A stretch of 63,688 bases of DNA from an uncultured Bacilli bacterium. Lineage in GTDB: Bacteria; Bacillota_I; Bacilli_A; RFN20; CAG-449. The position numbers and the translations under genes were made by a program. Shown here one piece after another: positions 16,943 through 26,925 of this stretch (the stretch's first letter is position 1; every line of letters begins with the position of its first letter). The notes under the pieces were generated by a model. That model did no database searches and had not been told where the DNA came from. It saw nothing but the letters and a program-made list of their open reading frames with translations. The stretch lies in assembly GCA_947629415.1 (NCBI GenBank), contig CANRDP010000002.1, forward strand, positions 1 to 63,688, read 5' to 3'.

Positions 16943-17937
16943 AAATTGCTATTTTAGGAACCGGCACATGGGGAACCGCATTAGCCCAATTATTATGCGA
17001 TAATTCTCAAGAAGTTATCATGTATGGAATTGATAAAGATGAGGTGAACGATATTCAACTTCATCATCAAAATTCCAAATATTTTGGTTTGGATATTTTA
17101 TTGCCCGCGGATTTAAAAGCCACTTTGAATATAAAGGAAGCATTACAAGGCGCAGAAGTCATCGTTTTGGCTGTACCAACCATGGCATTACGCTCTTTAC
17201 TCCAAACCATGAAACCTTATATTCAAGGAAAACCCTATTTGGTCAGTGTTGCCAAAGGATTCGATACGCAATCGCATCGACGCATTTCCGAAGTAATTCG
17301 CGAAGAGATTCCGCAAGAAAATCGTCAGGAAATCGTCTCTTTAATCGGCCCGGGTCATGCCGAAGAAGTCATCTTGCGATTATTGACATGCGTAACTTCT
17401 ACTTCCGTAGATTTATCCGCGGCACAAGTCATTCAAAAATTATTTTCCAATGATTATTTTCGAGTCTATACACAAACCGATGAAATCGGTGCCGAATATA
17501 GTGTTGCCATTAAAAATACCATTGCCATTGCTTCCGGTATGCTTTCCGGTATTGGTCTTGGCGACAATGCAAGAGCGGCATTAATTACTCGCGGTCTGGC
17601 GGAAATGGTTCGTTTCGGTACTTACTTCGGAGGGGAAGAAAGAACATATCTCGGACTTACGGGTTTAGGAGATCTGATTGTAACTTGCAATTCTCGTCAT
17701 TCTCGGAATTTTATTGCCGGTGAAGAAATCGGTAAAGCCAATTCCAGTATGGTTTTTTTACAAAACAATCAAAAAACCGTCGAAGGAATCCGTACATCGA
17801 AAGTTGTTCATGAAATTGCTCAGGAATATCATATCGATATGCCGATTACCGAGGCGGTTTATCAAGTACTATACGAAGGAAAAAGACCGAAAGATGTTTT
17901 ACAGGAGTTATTAAAAAGAGAATTAAAACGAGAATAA
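16939..17937 (+). CDS. gpsA: NAD(P)H-dependent glycerol-3-phosphate dehydrogenase
   Basis: Rossmann motif ILGTGTWGTALA, plus AKGF, IGPGHAEEV and KNTIAIASG motifs. ATGA overlap with der. Confidence 0.95.
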   Translation: MKIAILGTGTWGTALAQLLCDNSQEVIMYGIDKDEVNDIQLHHQNSKYFGLDILLPADLKATLNIKEALQGAEVIVLAVPTMALRSLLQTMKPYIQGKPYLVSVAKGFDTQSHRRISEVIREEIPQENRQEIVSLIGPGHAEEVILRLLTCVTSTSVDLSAAQVIQKLFSNDYFRVYTQTDEIGAEYSVAIKNTIAIASGMLSGIGLGDNARAALITRGLAEMVRFGTYFGGEERTYLGLTGLGDLIVTCNSRHSRNFIAGEEIGKANSSMVFLQNNQKTVEGIRTSKVVHEIAQEYHIDMPITEAVYQVLYEGKRPKDVLQELLKRELKRE

Positions 17938-17981
17938 ATCACTCTTTATTATTGGGCGCATATCTATATAAAGGTGATAAA

Positions 17982-18218
17982 ATGAATGATAATATCTTTG
18001 ATAAGGTCGAAAAAAAGACCAATGTCCGGAAAGAAGATATCATTGCACTGGCAAAATCCGTATCCGGACAAGATCTTAATGATGAAAAAAATTTGCGAAA
18101 GTTGATAAAAGATGTGGCAAAACTTGCCGGGAAGGAAGTATCGAAAGAAAAAGAAGAAAGCATTATTCGCGCGGTAAAGAAAGATAAGGTACCAAAAGAT
18201 TTCAAAAATATGCTTTAA
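17982..18218 (+). CDS. small SpoVIF-like (stage VI sporulation protein F family) protein
   Basis: 78 aa from ATG 17982 (RBS AAGGTGA). FDKVEKKTNVRKEDIIALAKSV...LRKLIKDVAKLAGKEVSKEKEESIIRAVK resembles my recollection of B. subtilis YjcC/SpoVIF. By eye only. Confidence 0.5.
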   Translation: MNDNIFDKVEKKTNVRKEDIIALAKSVSGQDLNDEKNLRKLIKDVAKLAGKEVSKEKEESIIRAVKKDKVPKDFKNML

Positions 18219-18239
18219 AAATTAAGAAAGTAGGAAGTT

Positions 18240-20729
18240 ATGGAGATAAAAAAGGCAAAAGAAGAAAAGAAAACAGCAAAAGAAGAAGAATTTGATTCCG
18301 CGGTTCGTTATTTTCCCAATGTAAAAGACGGATTAACCTCTTCACAAGTTCAGGAACGTGTCGAACATGGGTTAACCAATGAAAAGAAAAAAACATATTC
18401 CAAAACCTTGCCTCAAATTATTTTTCGTAATGTCTTTACTTTCTTCAATATGCTTCTTTTAGCAATCGCCATTGCCTTAATCAGTGTCGGTTCTTATACC
18501 AATTGCTTTTTTCTGGGTATCGTGATTTTGAACACAGCCATTGGTATTTATCAAGAAAACAAAGCAAAAAAAATGGTGGCTTCTTTACGATTATTAACGG
18601 AGCCGACAGCCTCTTTAATACGAGACGGAAAGGGAACCATTGTCGGTGTGGATGATATCGTTTTGGATGATATCGTCGTTTTGGAAGCCGGGAAAGAAAT
18701 CGTAGTCGATGGTGAAGTTCTGGATGGATTCGGAGAAGTAAATGAATCGTTACTGACCGGAGAAAGTATAGCGTTGAAAAAGAAAAGCGGTGATAAAGTT
18801 TTTGCCGGATCTTTTGTCGTGTCCGGGACATTATATGTCAAAGCGGAAAAAATCGGCGATTTTACCTATGTCAGTCGCCTGCAATCGATTGCCAAAAAAC
18901 AAAAAAGAGTAAAATCCGTATTACTTCATTCACTGAATCGTATTATTCATATGATTTCCATTATCATTCTTCCCTTGGGAATCGGTATGATTATTGTAAA
19001 CTATTTTCATGGAGATGATCTTGCAAGTATTGTTTCCAAAACCGCGGGAAGTCTTGTTTCCATGATTCCTTCCGGATTGTTTTTATTGACCTCGACAACT
19101 CTTTATGTGAGTGTTGTTACCTTAGGTAGAAAACATGCTTTGGTACAGGAATTATATTCCATTGAATCCTTAGCGAGAAGTAATGTGCTTTGTCTTGACA
19201 AAACCGGGACAATTACCGATGGCACTATGCATCTTGATGATACTATTTTACTTGATGAATCCGAGAAAGACCTGGATAATCTTATCTCTTCTTTCTTACT
19301 TTCTTTTCAAGAAAGCAATATGACTTCGGATGCTTTAAAAAGAAAATATCACTTGGAAAAGAAATATGAAAGTGTTCTTACCGTGCCTTTTTCAAGTGAA
19401 AGAAAATATTCTGCCGTTACTTTTAAAGAAAATAAAACGTATTTCTTGGGAGCACCGGAATATTTAAGTGAAGATGAAGAATTTCTGAATTCTTTTTTGA
19501 AAGAAACCGACAAAGGAAACCGGGTGTTGCTTTTTACACGACTTGATGGATCTTACGCGGAAAACATGAGCAAAAAAGGAACTCCGGTTTGCTATTTTGT
19601 TTTGGAAGATCATATAAGAGAAGATGCTTTTGCCACCATCGATTGGTTTCAACAAAATGATGTCGAATTGAAAGTCATTTCGGGAGATAATCCGAATACC
19701 GTGCGTCGAATTGCCGAGAAAGTCGGAATTAAAAATGCCGATCGTTTTATCTCTTTGGAAGGCATGAGTGTGGATGAGGTGAAAAAAATTGCCGCGAATT
19801 ATACCATTTTCGGGCGAGTAAATCCAGAGCAAAAAGCGGCAATTATCCAATCTTTAAAAAAAGCCAAAAAAACGGTAGCGATGACCGGCGATGGTGTAAA
19901 CGATATTTTAGCTTTAAAACAAGCCAACTGTTCCATCGCTATGGCCGCGGGTTCGGAAGCGGCACGAAATTGTTCCCATATTGTACTTATGGATTCGAGT
20001 TTTGCTTCTATGCCTAAAATCGTGGAAGAAGGACGAAAAGTCATTAACAATATTCAATATTCTTCTTCCTTATTTTTAATGAAAACCGTATATGCCATTC
20101 TCTTATCCATATTGGTAACTTTCGGAGCGATTTTCCAATTAAATATTTCTTATCCTTTCGAACCGAAACATCTTTATATCTTGGAATTTGCCGTCATCGG
20201 AATTCCTTCTTTCTTCTTGGCATTACAACCAAATAAAAAAATTGTCGAAGGAGATTTTTTCAAAAACATTTTAATCAAAGCTCTGCCGGGAGGATTAAGC
20301 CTTTTAACCAGTGTTCTTCTTTCCTTCTTCTTACTGACGAATATTCCTTATTTCGGTTTAAACAATGTTCCCAATGAAACCATTGTCGCTGTTGCCTGTA
20401 TCAGTCTTTCCGCGCTTGGGTTATTGATCCTAGGTAAAATGTGTTTTCCTTTCAATTGGTATCGAACGTTCCTTTACATCTTTATGCTTGGTGCCGCGGC
20501 ATTCATTTTATTTGTTTTACCGTTTTCGCTCAACGGAATTCGTTGGCAAAATCTGACCGGAGAAAATGTCTTAGGAATTTTTGTAAATTTGGGTATTTGT
20601 TTCTTGCTTTACCTTCTTTTAAATTTATTAACCAATAAATTTGGCAATACTATCGGTAAGGTCGTAGATAATCTCGGCCTTGCCGGTAAAGAAGATGAAG
20701 AAGAAGAGGAAAACGATAGCGAAAATTAA
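18240..20729 (+). CDS. cation-translocating P-type ATPase (substrate unclear)
   Basis: 829 aa. Phosphorylation motif CLDKTGTITDG, hinge MTGDGVNDILALKQAN, and TGES in the actuator domain. The TM4 motif reads MIPSGL rather than PEGL. Confidence 0.85.
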   Translation: MEIKKAKEEKKTAKEEEFDSAVRYFPNVKDGLTSSQVQERVEHGLTNEKKKTYSKTLPQIIFRNVFTFFNMLLLAIAIALISVGSYTNCFFLGIVILNTAIGIYQENKAKKMVASLRLLTEPTASLIRDGKGTIVGVDDIVLDDIVVLEAGKEIVVDGEVLDGFGEVNESLLTGESIALKKKSGDKVFAGSFVVSGTLYVKAEKIGDFTYVSRLQSIAKKQKRVKSVLLHSLNRIIHMISIIILPLGIGMIIVNYFHGDDLASIVSKTAGSLVSMIPSGLFLLTSTTLYVSVVTLGRKHALVQELYSIESLARSNVLCLDKTGTITDGTMHLDDTILLDESEKDLDNLISSFLLSFQESNMTSDALKRKYHLEKKYESVLTVPFSSERKYSAVTFKENKTYFLGAPEYLSEDEEFLNSFLKETDKGNRVLLFTRLDGSYAENMSKKGTPVCYFVLEDHIREDAFATIDWFQQNDVELKVISGDNPNTVRRIAEKVGIKNADRFISLEGMSVDEVKKIAANYTIFGRVNPEQKAAIIQSLKKAKKTVAMTGDGVNDILALKQANCSIAMAAGSEAARNCSHIVLMDSSFASMPKIVEEGRKVINNIQYSSSLFLMKTVYAILLSILVTFGAIFQLNISYPFEPKHLYILEFAVIGIPSFFLALQPNKKIVEGDFFKNILIKALPGGLSLLTSVLLSFFLLTNIPYFGLNNVPNETIVAVACISLSALGLLILGKMCFPFNWYRTFLYIFMLGAAAFILFVLPFSLNGIRWQNLTGENVLGIFVNLGICFLLYLLLNLLTNKFGNTIGKVVDNLGLAGKEDEEEEENDSEN

Positions 20730-21834
20730 TTTTATCTATTTTATTCAATATTTTTCGAATGCTTTTTCGATTCCTTTTTTTGCATTGTTTTTAAAATCTT
20801 TTTCTTATGATTCTTTTACTCTCGGTCTTCTTTTGATGATATCTTCTTTCAGTGTTCTTTTCGGAAATCTTTTCTGCTTCCTTTTTTTTAAAAAGAAACA
20901 ATATACTTTGAATCAAATATTCTTATGCATTCAAAGTAGTTTTTTATTTCTTTTTCCTTTCATTGGGAAAAATATCATCGGTGCGGTTTTTTCCACGATA
21001 GGAATTTTTTTCTGTGGAAATGCTTCCTTTCAAATGTCCGATGGATTTATCTCTTACTACTACAAACAACAGGATTATTCTTATAGTAATACTCGCTTTT
21101 TCGGAAGTCTCGGTTATTTTTTATCGCTTCTTTTTGTTGCTTTTTTTCCTTTTTTACCCTATTCTCTTTTCTATTTCATCAGTGCTTTTTGTACTTTTAT
21201 TTTATTTCTTATCTTTAAATTTTTTCTTCCCAAAATCGATGAAAAGAAAGAAAAAAATATCTATAAGGATTTATTTTCCAAGCCCTTTGTATTTTATTTT
21301 TTAACCTATTCTTTTGTATTAGGATCTTTTTTGACTTTTGATTCTTATTTCGGTTCCTATCTTCACTCTCTTACTTATGATCGAAGCGTTTATTCTTATC
21401 TTGTTTCTTTTAGTCTTTTTATCGAAGTTCTCACTTTATTTTTTCTTAATAAATTTTATAAAGGAAAAAGAAGATATCTCTTAGTTGGTGCTTTTTTCCT
21501 TTTATCTCTTCGTTTTCTTCTATTTTCTTTTTCAATTTCTTCCTTACCCTATATTGTTTTTCTTTGTGCTTTAAGAGGCCTTGGATGGGGCACATTTCTT
21601 TTTTCCCATATTGATTATTTTTCATCAATAACGAAAACCAAAAAAACCACAGGATTATTCTTTTTAAGTATCGGTCAAAATCTTATTGCGGCTTTTTTAC
21701 ATTTCTTTGGAGGTATTCTTCTTCCTTCCTATTCTATTTTCTTTCTTTTGCTCGGAATTCTTTCTTTTCTTTGGTCTTCTTTCTTTCTTTTCATGTCAAA
21801 AAAGAAAGTTTTTGTTTCCTTATCTTCCAAATAA
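20695..21834 (+). CDS. MFS-type polytopic membrane transporter
   Basis: About 380 aa, Phe-rich, about 12 hydrophobic segments, N-terminus KINFIYFIQYFSNAFSIPFFALFLKS. The start is uncertain (ATG 20695, or TTG 20680 as in the track); it overlaps the end of the ATPase gene. Confidence 0.6.
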   Translation: MKKKRKTIAKINFIYFIQYFSNAFSIPFFALFLKSFSYDSFTLGLLLMISSFSVLFGNLFCFLFFKKKQYTLNQIFLCIQSSFLFLFPFIGKNIIGAVFSTIGIFFCGNASFQMSDGFISYYYKQQDYSYSNTRFFGSLGYFLSLLFVAFFPFLPYSLFYFISAFCTFILFLIFKFFLPKIDEKKEKNIYKDLFSKPFVFYFLTYSFVLGSFLTFDSYFGSYLHSLTYDRSVYSYLVSFSLFIEVLTLFFLNKFYKGKRRYLLVGAFFLLSLRFLLFSFSISSLPYIVFLCALRGLGWGTFLFSHIDYFSSITKTKKTTGLFFLSIGQNLIAAFLHFFGGILLPSYSIFFLLLGILSFLWSSFFLFMSKKKVFVSLSSK

Positions 21835-21928
21835 TTCTATTCTTATTTTTTCTATTGAAAAATTCATAAAAGAAGAATGAAATTCCATAAGAAAAATTTT
21901 ATAATAGAAAAGAATAGAGGAAATAATT

Positions 21929-22837
21929 ATGCAGATTCGTATTGGAAATGAAGTGGCGGAAGCACTGAAAAAAAATCTCCCTGTTGTGGCTCTAGAATCC
22001 ACGATTATTTCTCATGGAATGCCTTATCCGCGAAATGTGGAAACCGCATTAAATGTAGAAGAAGTGGTTCGAAAACAAGGAGCGATTCCGGCGACGATAG
22101 GAATTATCGAAGGTACTCCCATCATCGGAATGAGTCCAGAAGAAATTGAAATTTTCGGAAAGCGGGAAGGAATTCTTAAAGTTTCCCGGAGAGATTTACC
22201 TTATGTTCTCAGTCAAAAAAAATGGGGTGCCACGACAGTGGCGACAACGATGATTCTTGCTCACAAAGCGGGAATTGACGTTTTTGTAACCGGAGGAGTC
22301 GGTGGCGTTCATCGTGGTGCGGAAAAAACATTTGATATTTCCGCGGATCTTTATGAACTCGCCTCTACTCCCGTTTTAGTGGTCTGTGCCGGGATTAAAG
22401 CTATTTTGGATTTACCCAAAACATTAGAGGTTTTGGAAACTCTCGGTGTCACTGTAATCGGTTATCGCTCTTCGCATTTAGCGGACTTTTATACTCCGGA
22501 TTCCGGATTACCTTTGGATGTAACGATGAACACTCCAAAAGAAATCGCAGAAACAATGCGCGTAAAAAAAGAATTCAATTTACGGGGAGGTATCCTTGTT
22601 TCCAATCCAATTGAAGAACAATATGCCGCGGATAAAGAAAAAATAAATAAGGCCATAAATGTTGCTCTAAATGAAATGGAAAAGCAAGAAATCAAAGGAA
22701 AAGATTGTACTCCGTTTTTATTAAAAAAAGTGGTAGAACTCACTTCCGGTGAATCTTTGGAAGCAAATATCGCTTTGATAAAACATAATGCCGAATTAGG
22801 TGCACAAATTGCAAAGGAAATGTGTCAAAAAAAATGA
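21929..22837 (+). CDS. psuG: pseudouridine-5'-phosphate glycosidase
   Basis: Near full-length match by eye to E. coli PsuG/IndA (PVVALESTIISHGMPYP, GATTVA, TGGVGGVHRGAE.TFDISADL, VVCAG.KAILD). Confidence 0.95.
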   Translation: MQIRIGNEVAEALKKNLPVVALESTIISHGMPYPRNVETALNVEEVVRKQGAIPATIGIIEGTPIIGMSPEEIEIFGKREGILKVSRRDLPYVLSQKKWGATTVATTMILAHKAGIDVFVTGGVGGVHRGAEKTFDISADLYELASTPVLVVCAGIKAILDLPKTLEVLETLGVTVIGYRSSHLADFYTPDSGLPLDVTMNTPKEIAETMRVKKEFNLRGGILVSNPIEEQYAADKEKINKAINVALNEMEKQEIKGKDCTPFLLKKVVELTSGESLEANIALIKHNAELGAQIAKEMCQKK

Positions 22838-23274
22838 GAGAAAAAAGTTGCGGTGCCGTGATTTATAAAAAAGAGGCACAAGGATATGTTTATTTAATCG
22901 AGCATATGTCCTTAGGACACATTTCTTTACCCAAAGGACATATGGAAAAAGACGAAACGGAAGAAGAAACTGCCTTAAGAGAGATTTTTGAAGAAACCGG
23001 TCTCCGAGTGATTCTTTATCCTTCTTTTCGTCAAATCATTTCTTATGCTCCTTATAAAGATCACCCTGAGATTATCAAAGATGTTTTATTCTTTTTGGCG
23101 GAAACAAAGCAAACGGAAATCCCTTGCGATAAACACGATAACGAAGTGATTTTTTCCGAATTTTTACCTTTTGCGGACGCTTATCAAAAATTAACCTATG
23201 CAACCGATAAAACGGTATTGAAAAAGGCCGCGGAATTTTTAAAAGATATATCGCTTTCGGAATGGATGAATTAA
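22834..23274 (+). CDS. NUDIX hydrolase
   Basis: Nudix box LPKGHMEKDETEEETALREIFEETGL. ATG 22834 forms an ATGA overlap with the psuG stop. Confidence 0.85.
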   Translation: MREKSCGAVIYKKEAQGYVYLIEHMSLGHISLPKGHMEKDETEEETALREIFEETGLRVILYPSFRQIISYAPYKDHPEIIKDVLFFLAETKQTEIPCDKHDNEVIFSEFLPFADAYQKLTYATDKTVLKKAAEFLKDISLSEWMN

Positions 23275-24512
23275 AAAGTAAATTCTCCTTTTTCCATCAG
23301 AACAATCTCTTTGCCTGATTTTGTTTTTCCGACGATTCTGGTTGTCTTATCTCCGACCATAAAATCCACATGAATGGAGGAAAAATTTCCTCCTTTTTGA
23401 AACAATTCTTCTTTGGAATAACGAGCACTATTTTTCATATTTGTACGATAGGATTGACCTAAGGCAAAATGACAAGAAGCATTTTCATCAAATAATGTAT
23501 TATAAAACAATATTCCTGTTTTATTGATGGGTGAAGAAAAAGGAACCAAAGCAATTTCTCCCAAACGACAAGAGTTTTCGTCGGTATTTATTAATTTTTC
23601 CAGAGCCTTTTTATCTTCTTCTTTTTCGGCAAAAATTTCCATAACTTTTCCTTCATGGAAGCGAAAACCAAAATTTCGCACTAAGAAACCATTAAATAAA
23701 AGCGGCTTTGTTGCATATAAAACACCTTCCGCTTTTTGATTATGCGGCATGGAAAAAATTTCTTCACTCGGCATATTTGCATGGAAAACAATTCCTTCCG
23801 GTGTTTTGCTGGATCCCCCTTCGAAAAGATAATCTTCAACCAATCCTACTTCGAAATCCGTACCGTTTTCCGAAGTATAATGGAAAGATACAAATTCCTG
23901 ACGATTCATAAAATCCGCGCGCCTTTTTAAATTCGCGTCATGCTGATTCCATCGTTCAATCGCATCTTGATTTTCATCCACCGAACAAGCTTTTAATATT
24001 GCTTCCCACAAGGCTTTATATGCCTTTACGGTGCTAAGCATCGGAAAAACTTTTTTAGCCCATTTTTTATTTGGAACACAAGCAATACACCATTCGGTTT
24101 CATTATCCATATAAGTTTTTCGAAACGGGGAAAACACTCTGCTTTTTTCTTGTTGAACATAAGAAATTTTTTCGGCATTGAGTCCGACATTTTCATCCGG
24201 ATTCGGTGATTTTAAAATAATTCTTCCATAGTGTTCTTCTGCAAAAGTTTGATACATATTCACTTCGTAACAAGGAAAATTTACCAAATCTTTTCTTTTA
24301 CTATAACGATACGCATATCGATTTACATTCGTATCATTATAAAGAATTTCCACATGGCTGGCTCCCTTTTTATATAACATTTTGCACACCAATGCGGCAA
24401 ATTCGTATTGCTCGCAAGGACAATCTACGAAGTATTTTCTTCCTTTTTGAGCATTGATACCTTTTTCGACAATCAATTCTGCGTATTTTTTCATTAATTT
24501 TTTATTCATCAT
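23271..24512 (-). CDS. aminopeptidase, M29 (AmpS/PepS) family
   Basis: 413 aa from ATG 24512 (MMNKKLMKKYAELIVEKGINAQKG...). Internal ...HANMPSEEIFSMP... and ...SSIHVDFMVG... fit the M29 family. The track's longer start has no RBS. Confidence 0.85.
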   Translation of the reverse strand: MMNKKLMKKYAELIVEKGINAQKGRKYFVDCPCEQYEFAALVCKMLYKKGASHVEILYNDTNVNRYAYRYSKRKDLVNFPCYEVNMYQTFAEEHYGRIILKSPNPDENVGLNAEKISYVQQEKSRVFSPFRKTYMDNETEWCIACVPNKKWAKKVFPMLSTVKAYKALWEAILKACSVDENQDAIERWNQHDANLKRRADFMNRQEFVSFHYTSENGTDFEVGLVEDYLFEGGSSKTPEGIVFHANMPSEEIFSMPHNQKAEGVLYATKPLLFNGFLVRNFGFRFHEGKVMEIFAEKEEDKKALEKLINTDENSCRLGEIALVPFSSPINKTGILFYNTLFDENASCHFALGQSYRTNMKNSARYSKEELFQKGGNFSSIHVDFMVGDKTTRIVGKTKSGKEIVLMEKGEFTF

Positions 24513-24593
24513 ATTTTTTTTCCTTTCGCAAATTATTTTATTATTTTTGAATAGCAATTTCAATTTCCTTAGAAAAGTGATAAAATATTTCCG

Positions 24594-25757
24594 ATGCTTA
24601 TGAACAAAAATTATCAATTTTATTCACCTACAAAAATCTATTTCGGGCCTCAAGAAGAAGAAAATGTCGGGGAGTATATCGCTTCTTACGGATATCAAAA
24701 AGTTCTTCTTGTTTACGGAGTGTCTTCTTGCAAAAAAAGCGGATTATATGATCGAGTTCTTCTTTCGCTGAAAAAGAAAAATATCGAATATATAGAATTA
24801 TCTTCCGTATCGTATAACCCGACTTTGGAAAAAGTAAATGAAGGATTGTCTTTACTTCGGGAAAAACCTTGTGATTTTATTCTTGCTATCGGAGGAGGAA
24901 GTGTCATCGATTGTGCCAAATCCATTGCTTCTTCTTATTTTTACGATGGTAATCCGTTTGATTTTAATGAAGGTAAGGCAAAACCCGTAAAAGCTCTTCC
25001 GATTGGAGTGATTTTGACCATTGCCGCAGCCGGAAGCGAACTATCCTCTTCGTGTGTTATTACCGATGAAAAAAGAAAAATAAAACGCGGATTTAATAGT
25101 GATTCCGTTCGACCGAAGTTTGTGATAGAAAATCCGAATCTTATCCTTGGTTTACCTCGAGAACAATATGCTTATGGTATTGTGGATATTTTGGCTCATT
25201 CTATGGAACGTTATTTCGCTTTATCCGCGGAAAAAGAATTTGCCGATTATTTTGCTTTGGCCTTAATGCGTGCCGTTGTGGATGCCGCAAAAGTTTTAAA
25301 AACGAATTTGCAAGATTATGCAGCAAATAAAACATTACTTTTAGCCTCTTCTTTTTCCCATAACGGAATTACTTCGGTAATGAAAAGTTTCTCCATGCCC
25401 GTGCACCAATTGGAACATGAATTATCGGGATTATATCCAAATATTGCACATGGTTTGGGACTTGCGATATTATATCCATATTGGATGGATGAAGTTTCTT
25501 CATCAAATCCCATGAAATTTATTGAATTTGGGAAAGCCGTGTTTAATACTAATGGTAATGCCAAAGATGCAATTGATGCCTATCGCGCATTTTTAAAAGA
25601 ATGGAATTTTCCAATATCGCTAAAAGAAGTTGGAGTAAAAGAAGATGATGTGGAAACCATGGCTCAGTCGTTTGCTACGAGATTGGTTCCGGGAATTCTT
25701 CCATTGGATTATCTTTTAGCAAAACGGATTTATATCCGTGCTTGGAAAGGAGAATAA
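24594..25757 (+). CDS. iron-containing (group III) alcohol dehydrogenase
   Basis: 387 aa. GGGSVIDCAKSIA motif and metal-site His pattern (DILAHSMERY, ...HELSGLYPNIAHG). Confidence 0.9.
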   Translation: MLMNKNYQFYSPTKIYFGPQEEENVGEYIASYGYQKVLLVYGVSSCKKSGLYDRVLLSLKKKNIEYIELSSVSYNPTLEKVNEGLSLLREKPCDFILAIGGGSVIDCAKSIASSYFYDGNPFDFNEGKAKPVKALPIGVILTIAAAGSELSSSCVITDEKRKIKRGFNSDSVRPKFVIENPNLILGLPREQYAYGIVDILAHSMERYFALSAEKEFADYFALALMRAVVDAAKVLKTNLQDYAANKTLLLASSFSHNGITSVMKSFSMPVHQLEHELSGLYPNIAHGLGLAILYPYWMDEVSSSNPMKFIEFGKAVFNTNGNAKDAIDAYRAFLKEWNFPISLKEVGVKEDDVETMAQSFATRLVPGILPLDYLLAKRIYIRAWKGE

Positions 25758-25758
25758 A

Positions 25759-26895
25759 ATGAATGACGAATCAGAAAAGAAGGTTTTGAAAAAGCCTTAT
25801 CGAAATTACTCATGGTTTGTTTTTGTTGTCGTAATTGTTCTTGCAATTACTTTATTGCAAACCGTATTTCAACCAAGAAATGAATTTTTTACCGGAAATG
25901 AAGTATTTTTATTTATCTTTTTTTCCATACTCGGAGGATTTATTGCTTACACGATAATTTATGTCTTAGGAAAATTTATTTTCGGAAAAATTTGCAAAAT
26001 GCGATTAATATCCATAAATATTCTATTTATACGTTGGAAAAGAATCGATGGAAAATTGGTTACGGAATTTACTCTTCCGGATGGTTGGGGAGGATCGGTT
26101 TCTATGGCTCCCAATGCGGATTATGATCAATGTCATCCGATTTTATATCATTTCGGTGGCACGATCTTTTCCATTCTGGTGATGATTTTATCTTCTTCGA
26201 TACTTCTTTCTATCGATTCAAGCAAAAAACTCGGTTATATTTCTTTAGTTGTAGCTTGTGTGGGTTTATTGGTTCTTGTAGCAAATCTTATGCCTTTCTG
26301 GACCGATTCTATTGGGGACGGATTTGCCATTCGTTTATTATTAAATAAAGAAAATCGAAAAGCTTATTTCGATAATGCACTGCAATATGAAGCATTATTA
26401 ACCGGTCAGGGATCTTTAAATCCCGATTATGAATACGATCATTATAATGATACACTTCAAGCGGAAAGTTTAATTTATCGTTATTATTACTGGTTAAATA
26501 AAGAAAATTACGAAAAAGCGGAAGCTATCGTAGATCTTCTTTTGGAAAACAAAAAGTATCTTTCCAATGAAAATGCTTTGATTGCTCAAAATGCCAAACT
26601 TTATTTTTCTTTGTTAAGAAAAAATAATGATGAAAGTTATGATTATTATTATTCTTTGGAAAGAGATATTCGTCATTATTCCATATCCACAACATCATTA
26701 GAAAGCATCAAAACCGGTCTTCTTGTAGCGGCAAAAGTGGAAAAAACATACGATTTATATCATCATCTTAAAAAATCGATTCAAAAACTGGAAAATGATT
26801 ATTACTTTACTTTGAAAGAAACGGAATTAAAATTGATTCAACAATCCGTCGAACTGGTCGAAGCCATGTATCCGGATTGGAAAAACGAAGAATAA
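25759..26895 (+). CDS. polytopic membrane protein, M50/zincin-like fold suspected but HExxH absent, with helical repeat C-terminus
   Basis: 378 aa from ATG 25759 (RBS GGAGA, 1 nt after the adh stop). Four or five TM segments. It reads IIYVLGKFIFGK where site-2 proteases have HExGHxxxA, yet retains NLMPFWTDSIGDG (NxxPxxxxDG-like). The C-terminal half is Tyr/Leu-rich and helical (TPR-like). Confidence 0.6.
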   Translation: MNDESEKKVLKKPYRNYSWFVFVVVIVLAITLLQTVFQPRNEFFTGNEVFLFIFFSILGGFIAYTIIYVLGKFIFGKICKMRLISINILFIRWKRIDGKLVTEFTLPDGWGGSVSMAPNADYDQCHPILYHFGGTIFSILVMILSSSILLSIDSSKKLGYISLVVACVGLLVLVANLMPFWTDSIGDGFAIRLLLNKENRKAYFDNALQYEALLTGQGSLNPDYEYDHYNDTLQAESLIYRYYYWLNKENYEKAEAIVDLLLENKKYLSNENALIAQNAKLYFSLLRKNNDESYDYYYSLERDIRHYSISTTSLESIKTGLLVAAKVEKTYDLYHHLKKSIQKLENDYYFTLKETELKLIQQSVELVEAMYPDWKNEE

Positions 26896-26925
26896 GAATC
26901 TTTCTCTTCCCATATATTGAATTGG

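Noticed and set aside
17939-18205. 88-aa ORF antisense to the SpoVIF-like gene
   Set aside because: It is the mirror ORF of a Lys/Glu-rich gene (Phe/Ser-rich product). The + strand ORF has an RBS and family resemblance.
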